NCBI GenBank assembly: GCA_038317055.1
Contig: JBBQBA010000001.1
Span: forward strand, 24,153-88,152
DNA length: 64,000 nt
Reading direction: 5' to 3'
Source of the DNA: Candidatus Saccharimonadales bacterium
GTDB lineage: Bacteria; Patescibacteriota; Saccharimonadia; Saccharimonadales; DATKHC01
The notes under the pieces were generated by a model. That model made no database searches, had not been told where the DNA came from, and saw nothing but the letters and a program-made list of their open reading frames with translations. Within the stretch, counting starts at the first letter, position 1, and each line of letters begins with the position of its first letter. Of this stretch, positions 18,701 through 27,328 are shown piece by piece. The translations under genes were made by a program, and so were the position numbers.

Positions 18701-18952
18701 ATGGGACCACGATTTAGAATGGGAAGAAGAAGAGGACTATTAGTTGGCGCAGCTGTAGGTGCTGGTATTGCTCACCACAACGCACAAAACAACCAAGCTC
18801 AAGCAGAAGAAGCACCAGCACAAGCAGCTGCTCCTGCAATGAGCAGTGATGATCAGATAGCTCAGCTTGAAAAGTTAGGCCAACTTAAGGATCAAGGAAT
18901 TCTTACTGAAGAAGAGTTTACAGCGAAAAAACAACAAATTTTGGGTTTATAG
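18701..18952 (+). CDS. SHOCT-domain protein
   Basis: The C-terminal DQIAQLEKLGQLKDQGILTEEEFTAKKQQILGL is a typical SHOCT motif. The N-terminus is a Gly/Ala-rich hydrophobic stretch. Confidence 0.75.
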   Translation: MGPRFRMGRRRGLLVGAAVGAGIAHHNAQNNQAQAEEAPAQAAAPAMSSDDQIAQLEKLGQLKDQGILTEEEFTAKKQQILGL

Positions 18953-18958
18953 TACATT

Positions 18959-19993
18959 TTAATTCAATTTGGTAAGTGTAGTTGTAATCAATTTCTTGTA
19001 TCGAGGTTCAACTAGATTGTTTAATGCCCAATTCATATAAGCACTTGGAAGTTTAGATAAACTATCTTTTATTTGATTGTCCTTTATTTTATCCAAATTG
19101 TTAACTGCTTGTTTATTGTATTCGTGAATAAGCATTATAGACTTTTCGATTGATCCATCCTTTATTAGATTATCCACTAGCAAATTATTATCTATTTCTG
19201 ACTTCTTATTAATTAGTTTTCCGGTATTCGTTGCATTGTTTCCCGAAAGCGAGAGAATAATTGGAGTGTTATAGATTCCCTCTTTTACATCATTACCGAC
19301 TGGCTTACCTAAAAGCTGTTCGTTCGACATAAAATCTAGTAAATCATCAACAAACTGAAATGACATACCAAAATACTTACCAAAACTTGTAAGAGATGCT
19401 AATTCGGACTTATCCAGACCTGAACAAATTCCACCAATACTGCAGCATGATGAAATAAGCGCGGCTGTTTTACCCTCGATAGTTCTAACTAAAGATTTTA
19501 TAGTTCTGTTAAGGTTAAATTCATCAGCCATTTCGATCATTTCACCTACACATAAATCTTCGATCGCTTTAGCAATAATTCCAGCCACATTGGCATCTAC
19601 CAACGCTGCTTGTTGGTTAGCTTTCGAGAACAAATAATCGCCGATCATTACAGCGTAATATATACCCTCTTTTGCGTTAATAGTTGGTACTCCCCATCTG
19701 GTGCTAGCGTGATCGATAATATCATCGTGAACTAGACTAGCTATATGAACTAGCTCGACAGCAACACAACTAGTAATCACTTTTTTGTCTATTTTATTTA
19801 ATTTATTAGCAACAATAGCAATAAGCATTGACGGTCTTAATCTCTTTGAGTTGGCATTTACTAATCTTTGGATTGGCTCGCTAATAATTGAATATTCAGA
19901 ACCTACAACAATATTTAATTGTTTCTCTACCTCTTTTATGTAAAGCGGTAACTTAGGTGCATTTAAGATTTTAGCTATATCAAAAGTTTTCAT
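18959..19993 (-). CDS. trans-polyprenyl diphosphate synthase
   Basis: The first Asp-rich motif is LVHDDIIDHASTRWG and the second is FQFVDDLLD. Confidence 0.85.
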   Translation of the reverse strand: MKTFDIAKILNAPKLPLYIKEVEKQLNIVVGSEYSIISEPIQRLVNANSKRLRPSMLIAIVANKLNKIDKKVITSCVAVELVHIASLVHDDIIDHASTRWGVPTINAKEGIYYAVMIGDYLFSKANQQAALVDANVAGIIAKAIEDLCVGEMIEMADEFNLNRTIKSLVRTIEGKTAALISSCCSIGGICSGLDKSELASLTSFGKYFGMSFQFVDDLLDFMSNEQLLGKPVGNDVKEGIYNTPIILSLSGNNATNTGKLINKKSEIDNNLLVDNLIKDGSIEKSIMLIHEYNKQAVNNLDKIKDNQIKDSLSKLPSAYMNWALNNLVEPRYKKLITTTLTKLN

Positions 19994-20155
19994 GACATTA
20001 AATACTATACAACAGATAAAATAATCAGAGTCAAAACACCCTTAAAAGTGATATAGTATAAACCATAAGCTTATGGGGTATTTTTATTAAGTTTAGGGGA
20101 GTGTGATGTTATATAGGGTAGCAATAATATGCCCTGAAAACATATAAACTGATTG

Positions 20156-21124
20156 ATGAAAAAATCTAATAATATACACAAATTTTTCTATGTTTTTTTT
20201 GGTACACTTATTGTTGCTTTCATTTTAGTTAGCGCTTGGTATCTAAATAAACAGAATATTGCAGTGTTGAATCCTAAGGGCCCAATTGCCTTAAAAGAAT
20301 TTCACTTAATAGTATTTTCGCTTTTACTTTCTTTACTTGTTGTATTGCCGGTTTTTACTTTACTTATTGTATTTGCATGGAAATATAGAGAAGGTAACAC
20401 TAAATCGAAGTATTCTCCTGAACTTGATCATAATAAAATATTGGAAACAATTTGGTGGGTTATTCCGTCATTTTTAATTATTATCCTTGGAATAGTTGCC
20501 TGGAATAGTAGTCATGAATTAGATCCATTTAAACCACTAGATTCATCTATTAAACCTATTACAATTCAAGTTGTAGCACTAAACTGGAAATGGTTATTTA
20601 TTTATCCCAAACAAAACATTGCTACTGTTAATTATTTTCTAATTCCTAATAAAACTCCGGTAAATTTTGAAGTTACTTCAGACGCACCAATGAATTCTTT
20701 TTGGATACCACAATTAGGAGGACAAATATATGCTATGCCAGGAATGTCTACACAATTACATTTATCTGCCGACGGAGATGGTAGTTATCGTGGATTATCG
20801 GCAAATATTAGTGGTAACGGTTTCGCAGGTATGACCTTTACTGCCAGATCTACTTCTACGAGTGATTTTAATATATGGTTACAAAATGTAAAAAATTCTC
20901 CTAAACAATTAAGTTTGGATGAATATAATAAACTTTCTCAACCGAGCAGTAATAATCCTTCAGCATATTATTCATCAACCCAATCTGACCTGTATAATAA
21001 TATTGTATATAAGTATCTGGCGCCAAACAGTGCGTCAGCAAATTCTGATGGTGGTGGTCGAACACAAATACTACCTAACATTCAAAAACTTGAATCAGAG
21101 GGTATGCAAGGGATGAGTATGTAA
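20156..21124 (+). CDS. cyoA: cytochrome o (bo3-type) ubiquinol oxidase subunit II
   Basis: Two N-terminal TM helices. SDAPMNSFWIPQLGGQIYAMPGMSTQLHL..SANISGNGFAGMTF closely parallels CyoA, with no CuA Cys/His ligand pattern. ATG 20156 is preferred over TTG 20153. Confidence 0.9.
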   Translation: MKKSNNIHKFFYVFFGTLIVAFILVSAWYLNKQNIAVLNPKGPIALKEFHLIVFSLLLSLLVVLPVFTLLIVFAWKYREGNTKSKYSPELDHNKILETIWWVIPSFLIIILGIVAWNSSHELDPFKPLDSSIKPITIQVVALNWKWLFIYPKQNIATVNYFLIPNKTPVNFEVTSDAPMNSFWIPQLGGQIYAMPGMSTQLHLSADGDGSYRGLSANISGNGFAGMTFTARSTSTSDFNIWLQNVKNSPKQLSLDEYNKLSQPSSNNPSAYYSSTQSDLYNNIVYKYLAPNSASANSDGGGRTQILPNIQKLESEGMQGMSM

Positions 21125-23109
21125 TGTATATGTTTGGAGAATTGCTTGGAAAGCTTAATTCGGGAGTATTCCCGCATGATCCCGTAACTCTGGGTGCAGG
21201 AGTCTCAATAATGCTTGGTGGTTTAATTATCGCCATCCTTTTAACTTATAAGAAAAAATGGAAATGGCTTTGGAAAGAATGGCTAACTTCAGTAGACCCG
21301 AAACGGATCGGTGTAATGTACATTATCGTTGCCGTACTGATGCTACTCAGGGGCGGAGCCGATGCACTAATGATTCGAGCACAGCAGGCAACATCAGTCG
21401 GAGCTTCTCATGGAGTAGTTTCCGCAAACACTTTCCAACAAATCTTTTCTGCCCACGGTACTATTATGATATTTTTCGCTGGAATGGGTTTGATGTTTGG
21501 AATAATTAACCTTGTACTACCTATGCAAATAGGTGCTAGAGATGTAGCCTTTCCTTTTCTAAACCTTACTAGTTTTTGGTTATTCGTTTCAGGAATGTTA
21601 TTAATAAATTTGTCTTTAGGGATCGGTGAATTCTCTGCGGCTGGATGGTTAGCATATCCCCCGCTCTCAGAACTTAGGTATAGCCCAGGAGTAGGCGTGG
21701 ACTATTGGATATGGAGTCTTCAAATTGCCGGAATAGGTAGTCTGCTTTCAGGAGTTAACTTTCTTGTCACGATTATAAAAATGAGAGCCCCGGGAATGAC
21801 TATGATGAGGATGCCGATGTTTACATGGAGCGTATTCGACGCTATGTTGCTTGTTGCATTTGCCTTTCCAATCCTTACAGTAACTATAACCTTACTGTTC
21901 TTAGATAGAACTATGGGGACACATTTTTTCACGGCAAGCGGAGGGGGAAATGTAATGATGTATGTCAATTTGATTTGGGCTTGGGGTCATCCTGAAGTAT
22001 ACATATTAATTCTACCGGCTTTCGGAATTTTTTCAGAAATAGTTGCAACGTTTTCACGAAAGCCCATTTTTGGTTATAAAACAATGGTTTGGGCACTTGG
22101 AGCAATTACAGTTCTTTCATTTAGTGTATGGCTTCACCATTTCTTTACAATGGGTGCAGGTGCTGACGTAAATGGTTTCTTTGGAATAATGACAATGATA
22201 ATAGCTATCCCAACTGGTGTAAAAATATTTAACTGGTTATTTACGATGTACAGAGGTCGAATTAAGTTTGCAAGCCCAATGTTCTGGTTCTTGGGTTTTA
22301 TAGGTTTGTTTACTCTAGGTGGTGTTACAGGTGTAGTTATGTCAGTACCGCCAGCAGATTTTCAGATTCATAATAGTTTATTCCTAGTTGCGCATTTCCA
22401 CACTATGATTGTTAGTGGAGTTTTATTTGGTTATTTCGCTGGTTTAATGTACTGGTTCCCTAAATTCTTTGGATATACCTTAAATGAAATTACTGGTAAA
22501 TTAACTTTTTGGTTTTGGTTTATAGGTTTTCTATTAGCTTTTGGTCCACTTTATATTCTAGGACTAATGGGAGCAACTAGAAGAATCGACCACTACAATG
22601 CATCACTAGGATGGCAACCACTGTTTATTGTTGCTGGCATTGGCGCAGCAATAATTGCTGTAGGTGCATTCTTAATAATTGTTCAGCAGATAGTTAGTTT
22701 CTTTCAGCGAAAGCAGCACATCGATTATACCGGAGATCCATGGAACGGCCGAACGCTTGAATGGTCAGTTGCTTCACCAGCGCCATTTTATAGTTTTCCT
22801 GTCATTCCAGAAGTAAGTGGTCGAGATGCCTTTTGGGCAATTAAAAAATCTAAGATTAAAGAGGAACCAGTTTATAAGAGCATAGTCATGCCAAAGAATA
22901 CTTCCATAAGTATATTTATAGGTGGATTTAGTTTATTTTTTGGTTTTGGAATGATTTGGCACATATGGTGGCTTTCAATCATAGGACTAATTGGAATAGT
23001 TATAGCAATTATTATTAGAGTATCGAGCGATGATAATGAATATAGAGTATCAGCTTCAACTATTAGAAATATTGAAACTGCTGCACTTGAGCGAAAGAAA
23101 CTGGCATGA
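21124..23109 (+). CDS. cyoB: cytochrome o ubiquinol oxidase subunit I (heme-copper oxidase)
   Basis: 661 aa. Heme-copper oxidase signatures seen: WAWGHPEVYILILPAFG, VWLHHFFTMG, FLVAHFHTMIV. TAATG overlap with cyoA. Confidence 0.95.
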   Translation: MYMFGELLGKLNSGVFPHDPVTLGAGVSIMLGGLIIAILLTYKKKWKWLWKEWLTSVDPKRIGVMYIIVAVLMLLRGGADALMIRAQQATSVGASHGVVSANTFQQIFSAHGTIMIFFAGMGLMFGIINLVLPMQIGARDVAFPFLNLTSFWLFVSGMLLINLSLGIGEFSAAGWLAYPPLSELRYSPGVGVDYWIWSLQIAGIGSLLSGVNFLVTIIKMRAPGMTMMRMPMFTWSVFDAMLLVAFAFPILTVTITLLFLDRTMGTHFFTASGGGNVMMYVNLIWAWGHPEVYILILPAFGIFSEIVATFSRKPIFGYKTMVWALGAITVLSFSVWLHHFFTMGAGADVNGFFGIMTMIIAIPTGVKIFNWLFTMYRGRIKFASPMFWFLGFIGLFTLGGVTGVVMSVPPADFQIHNSLFLVAHFHTMIVSGVLFGYFAGLMYWFPKFFGYTLNEITGKLTFWFWFIGFLLAFGPLYILGLMGATRRIDHYNASLGWQPLFIVAGIGAAIIAVGAFLIIVQQIVSFFQRKQHIDYTGDPWNGRTLEWSVASPAPFYSFPVIPEVSGRDAFWAIKKSKIKEEPVYKSIVMPKNTSISIFIGGFSLFFGFGMIWHIWWLSIIGLIGIVIAIIIRVSSDDNEYRVSASTIRNIETAALERKKLA

Positions 23110-23717
23110 ACAAACTAGCGACTAACCCATCTACTGAAGTAGTTGAACAAACAGAAGAAAACTCTAAGACTATATTTGGTTTTTGGCTATATATAATGAC
23201 CGACTGTGTCTTATTCGCAAGTCTTTTTGCTACATACTCTGTTCTTCATAAAAATGTTTTCGGTGGTCCAAGTGGTGCAGAATTATTTCATCTTCCATAT
23301 ATTCTAATTGAAACAATCGTACTTTTAACTAGTAGCTTTACTTGTGGCTTGGCAATTCTATCCTTACGCCAAAATAATAAAAATAAAGTTATGTTTTGGT
23401 TCGGTGTTACCTTTTTACTTGGACTTATTTTCTTGGGTATGGAATTGTCAGAATTCAGGAATCTAGTCGTTGCAGGAAATAGTTGGCGGCGAAGTGGCTT
23501 TTTATCATCATACTTTACTTTGGTTGGCACACATGGTCTTCATATAACCATAGGCTTACTCTGGATGATTGTAATGGTTGCAAAAGTTTATACAACAGGT
23601 TTGACTAAAGGGAATATAAGAAGATTAACACTTCTTAGTTTGTTTTGGCACTTTCTCGATATTATTTGGATATTCATCTTTACGATTGTATATCTAATGG
23701 GAGCATTGGGCGTATGA
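23106..23717 (+). CDS. cyoC: cytochrome o ubiquinol oxidase subunit III
   Basis: 203 aa with 5 TM helices. YFTLVGTHGLHITIG..FWHFLDIIWIFIF is present. ATGA overlap with cyoB. Confidence 0.9.
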   Translation: MNKLATNPSTEVVEQTEENSKTIFGFWLYIMTDCVLFASLFATYSVLHKNVFGGPSGAELFHLPYILIETIVLLTSSFTCGLAILSLRQNNKNKVMFWFGVTFLLGLIFLGMELSEFRNLVVAGNSWRRSGFLSSYFTLVGTHGLHITIGLLWMIVMVAKVYTTGLTKGNIRRLTLLSLFWHFLDIIWIFIFTIVYLMGALGV

Positions 23718-24076
23718 CCAAAAATAATACTGATATTCAACACGGAACACTAAGAACCTATGTAAGTGGGTTTGCCTTTTCAATTATATTGACTCTTAGC
23801 GCTTATATTATGGTAGTGAATAGGAAATTCTCTCGAAATATTATTATCGGATCTATTGTTGGTTTAGCATTAATTCAATTCTTAATACAACTCGTATTTT
23901 TTCTTCATCTAGGTAAGGAAACAAAACCAAGATGGAAGTTATTTGTCTTTATATTTATGATACTTATTGTCTGTATTTTAGTTTTCGGTTCTATATGGAT
24001 AATGAATAATCTAAGTTATCGAATGACTCCTGAACAAATAAAAACTTATATTCACAACCAAGGTGGTGGTTTCTAG
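23714..24076 (+). CDS. cyoD: cytochrome o ubiquinol oxidase subunit IV
   Basis: The start was moved to ATG 23714 (MTKNNTDIQHGTLRTYVSGFAFS), which overlaps the cyoC stop (ATGA). It has 3 TM helices and the position expected for cyoD. Confidence 0.75.
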   Translation: MTKNNTDIQHGTLRTYVSGFAFSIILTLSAYIMVVNRKFSRNIIIGSIVGLALIQFLIQLVFFLHLGKETKPRWKLFVFIFMILIVCILVFGSIWIMNNLSYRMTPEQIKTYIHNQGGGF

Positions 24077-24932
24077 TTTGATCAAAACATATTATCAAAT
24101 GACTAAACCGGGGATAATTTATGGTAATGCGATTACTGTTATAGCCGGATTTCTACTTGCATCAAAAGGAAGTGTTAATTTCATGCTTTTGTTTACTACC
24201 ATAATCGGAATATCATTAGTGATTGCTTCAGGCTGCGTTGTAAACAACTACTTGGATAGAAATATAGATAAAGTAATGGAACGAACTAAGGATAGGGCAC
24301 TAGTACGGGGAACAATATCTGTTTTCGATGCAAGTGTATTTGCTGCAGTATTAGGGATATTCGGGATACTATTATTAGGTATTTTTACAAATAATTTAGT
24401 TATTTTAATTGGAGTCATCGCATACATAGATTATGTAGTTTTATACGGTATAGCAAAAAGGCGTACAGTTCATAGCACATTTATTGGAAGTATTTCAGGT
24501 GCAGCCCCAATTGTTGCCGGATATTGTGCGGTAACTGGAAAATTAGATTCTGGTGCAATTATTCTGTTTTTAGTTTTAGCTTTGTGGCAAATGCCGCATT
24601 TCTACGCAATTGCAATGTTTAGATATAAAGATTACAAAACTGCTAAATTACCTGTATTGCCGGTAAAAAAAGGTATGAGAGAAACTAAAATTCAGATTTT
24701 TGTTTATATTATTGCTTTTATTATTGCAACTATACTACTTAGGATCTATGGCTATACCAATAACTTCTACCTTATTATAATGATAATTGTTGGTATTACT
24801 TGGTTCTGGTTTGGTATTAAAGACCTCAAAAAACTGAAAGATGGAGCCTGGGCAAAGAAGATGTTTGTTTATTCATTAATTGCATTGTTAAGCTTTTCGT
24901 TTCTAATATCTATTAATAGCTGGACTTCATAG
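24063..24932 (+). CDS. cyoE: protoheme IX farnesyltransferase (heme O synthase)
   Basis: UbiA-family motifs NNYLDRNIDKVMERTKDR and WQMPHFYAIA. The start is uncertain: GTG 24063 or an in-frame ATG about 12 codons downstream (MTKPGIIYGN). Confidence 0.9.
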   Translation: MVVSSLIKTYYQMTKPGIIYGNAITVIAGFLLASKGSVNFMLLFTTIIGISLVIASGCVVNNYLDRNIDKVMERTKDRALVRGTISVFDASVFAAVLGIFGILLLGIFTNNLVILIGVIAYIDYVVLYGIAKRRTVHSTFIGSISGAAPIVAGYCAVTGKLDSGAIILFLVLALWQMPHFYAIAMFRYKDYKTAKLPVLPVKKGMRETKIQIFVYIIAFIIATILLRIYGYTNNFYLIIMIIVGITWFWFGIKDLKKLKDGAWAKKMFVYSLIALLSFSFLISINSWTS

Positions 24933-25012
24933 TTTTTAAATATTATTTAATAGCTATTGTGTATAGATGACTTTAGTGCTTAAATAACCTACAGTTAACG
25001 ACAAAATAAAAA

Positions 25013-26377
25013 ATGTTAAATAAAATACTTTCCAACCTGCGCTTCAACCCCGACTATGTCAGGTTATTAAAAGACTATCAGGTTAAAGAATCAAAAGAAA
25101 AATATATAAGAGGTCTTGGCTTCTTATTTATTGGATTAGCATTTATTGTTCAGTTAATCGCTTTTAGTCCCTCAACTTCTCAGACAAATGCTTCTGGTAG
25201 TAACAATGATCTCATCTACGGTGGAGTAGCCTCACAGCAACAATTAGCTACAGATTGTTTTAATAACGTGAACTATGTTCAGCTTATATATGGTAGCTAT
25301 GGAATTAGTTGTGCTGAAATAGCAAGTCCGACATCTCCTGTTGTATCACTACATTCTACTGACTACAACGGTAATTTATGGTCTGTTGGTCATTTACCTT
25401 ATAGTATCGCTGGCGAAACGCCGGTAACTCTCTATGGAGGTAGTACCGTTTATTGGAGATTGCTCCATGGCTGGGATGGTGGTGGCTCAACTACTTACAA
25501 AGCACTAAGGGTAACTAGTTATGACAACAAAGCATATTGGATACTTTTTCAGTGTGGTAATTTAATTTCTCTTGGGTTCCCTTCTTTCGCACCTCCCCCT
25601 CCCGCACCTGCTCCAGCACCAACACCATCACCCACTCCTGTACCGACTCCAGCACCAGTACCTATACCTAAACCAGTTCCACCTCCACCAACACCTACAC
25701 CAGCTCCTCCGGCGCCACCACCATGTATTTACAATAGTTCAATACCTGAGTCTAGTCCTGCCTGTAAACCTTGTGACAAATCTAGTAACTCGACAGATAT
25801 ATTATCCTGCCTATTCCCGCATAAATCAGCAACTAATGTTACAGAAGGGATAGCTGACGCAAATAATACGACAGCTCAACCCGGTGACACTATCAAATAT
25901 ACTCTGACGGTCGTTAATAAGGGTGCGGTAGCTGCAAAAGATTACATAATACACGAAGATATGAGTGATGTACTTGAGTATGCTAATCTAACCGATCCGG
26001 GTGGTGGAACTATAAGTGATATGTTTGTCGTTAATTGGCCAGCTATCACAATTCCTGCAAATTCAAGTGTGTCAAAACAGATAACCGTACAGGTTAAAAA
26101 CCCGCTTCCAACTTTCGCAGTAAATCCCGACGATCCTCAAGGATATAACAATAAAATGACAAATAGTTATGGTGACACTGTAAATATATCTGTACCTCCA
26201 AATAAAGTTGCAGCAGTAACTACAGCAGCAACAACGTCTCTACCAAACACTGGACCTGGTACAACAGTGTTTATACTCTTCTTGATTACTGCGATACCTG
26301 CATACTTTTACTCTCGTAGTCGACTTCTAAATAAGGAAGCATTAATAGCTGAAGCAATTAGTTCTGAGGGAGAATAA
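25013..26377 (+). CDS. surface protein with N-terminal TM, Pro-rich linker, DUF11-like domain and LPNTG sorting signal
   Basis: LPNTGPG lies at 26240-26260, followed by a hydrophobic helix (TTVFILFLITAIPAYFY) and SRSR. GDTIKYTLTVVNKGAVAAKDY resembles a DUF11 repeat. Confidence 0.7.
   Translation: MLNKILSNLRFNPDYVRLLKDYQVKESKEKYIRGLGFLFIGLAFIVQLIAFSPSTSQTNASGSNNDLIYGGVASQQQLATDCFNNVNYVQLIYGSYGISCAEIASPTSPVVSLHSTDYNGNLWSVGHLPYSIAGETPVTLYGGSTVYWRLLHGWDGGGSTTYKALRVTSYDNKAYWILFQCGNLISLGFPSFAPPPPAPAPAPTPSPTPVPTPAPVPIPKPVPPPPTPTPAPPAPPPCIYNSSIPESSPACKPCDKSSNSTDILSCLFPHKSATNVTEGIADANNTTAQPGDTIKYTLTVVNKGAVAAKDYIIHEDMSDVLEYANLTDPGGGTISDMFVVNWPAITIPANSSVSKQITVQVKNPLPTFAVNPDDPQGYNNKMTNSYGDTVNISVPPNKVAAVTTAATTSLPNTGPGTTVFILFLITAIPAYFYSRSRLLNKEALIAEAISSEGE
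25589..25724 (+). repeat. in-frame Pro-rich (PAPAPTPSPTPVP...) low-complexity linker
   Basis: It encodes APPPPAPAPAPTPSPTPVPTPAPVPIPKPVPPPPTPTPAPPAPPP and is locally GC-enriched. Confidence 0.7.
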
Positions 26378-26378
26378 A

Positions 26379-26942
26379 ATGAGTGAGACTATAAAGCAAC
26401 ATGAACATGCGCCCGATAATGCCAATGAGAAATACGAAATATCTAATGACGCAAAAAAAGAACATCGTGAACATCACATCAAGACTCCTGAAAAACCCCA
26501 AGAAAAAGTAGAAGCATTACAGGAAAAAGTAGAAAAACAACATCCTACCAAGTCAGCCGAATTACTTGATCAACTTGAACCAATTCATTCAACGAAAGCA
26601 GTTCATCCACCTAACAAGGAACTTAAACGTATAGCACTTAGTAACTATCTATCTGATATTCGATCTAATCTTGGTTCAGGGTCTAAAGCCTTCAGTAAGT
26701 TCATCCATAAGCCATCAGTAGATGCAATCAGCGAAGTTGCAGGTAAAACTATTGTAAGACCAACCGCAATCTTATTTGGTGGACTATTTATGTTTATAGG
26801 AAGCTCACTTTATCTATATGCCACTTATAGTACGAATGCTAAATATAACTTCTTTGTAGCTGTTTTCTTATTTGTTGGTGGATTTGTTGCTGGCGTTGTT
26901 GTTGAGCTTTTCTACAACTTATTTTTCAAAAAGAGTTTATAG
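26379..26942 (+). CDS. hypothetical membrane protein (charged N-terminus, two C-terminal TM helices)
   Basis: 187 aa. The ATG lies 1 nt after the upstream stop. The C-terminus reads AILFGGLFMFIGSSLYLY and FFVAVFLFVGGFVAGVVV. Confidence 0.5.
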   Translation: MSETIKQHEHAPDNANEKYEISNDAKKEHREHHIKTPEKPQEKVEALQEKVEKQHPTKSAELLDQLEPIHSTKAVHPPNKELKRIALSNYLSDIRSNLGSGSKAFSKFIHKPSVDAISEVAGKTIVRPTAILFGGLFMFIGSSLYLYATYSTNAKYNFFVAVFLFVGGFVAGVVVELFYNLFFKKSL

Positions 26943-26961
26943 ATAATCTAAAATATTTAAT

Positions 26962-27279
26962 ATGCTTAAAAAAATTCTGGCCATAGTTTTTACTACACTA
27001 TCAGTGGCACTATTAGCATTTAATATTATATTCTCTATAAACTACAGATATTATTCATCGACTGATCCGTATATGGTATGTAATGCAGCCATTGATGCCC
27101 CGGCTGGTAGTAATATTGGAGTTTGTAACTCTTCATCTACCGCACCAATTCCAGCAAGATGGTGGGCAATCTCTATCGCGCTACTACTACTATCAATATA
27201 TGTAGATAGTAGGGTACTTATGAAGAAACGAGTGCAAAAATCTAAAAAAACCCGTAAAAAAACCAAGACTGCCTCTTAG
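26962..27279 (+). CDS. hypothetical small membrane protein
   Basis: 105 aa with two hydrophobic helices and a Lys-rich tail (KKRVQKSKKTRKKTKTAS). Confidence 0.4.
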   Translation: MLKKILAIVFTTLSVALLAFNIIFSINYRYYSSTDPYMVCNAAIDAPAGSNIGVCNSSSTAPIPARWWAISIALLLLSIYVDSRVLMKKRVQKSKKTRKKTKTAS

Positions 27280-27328
27280 CTGAATTTAATTTAAGTTAAA
27301 TCTAATCATATAGACTTTTGCATATCAT

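Noticed and set aside
18285-18710. 141-aa minus-strand ORF fully overlapping the 18268-18699 gene
   Set aside because: The product is low-complexity and S/A-rich with no start context. The plus-strand frame has a strong SD, globular composition and tight coupling to the SHOCT gene.
25572-25853. 93-aa His/Leu/Gln-rich ORF
   Set aside because: It is an alternative frame of the Pro-rich linker of the 454-aa LPNTG protein. It has no independent start signal.
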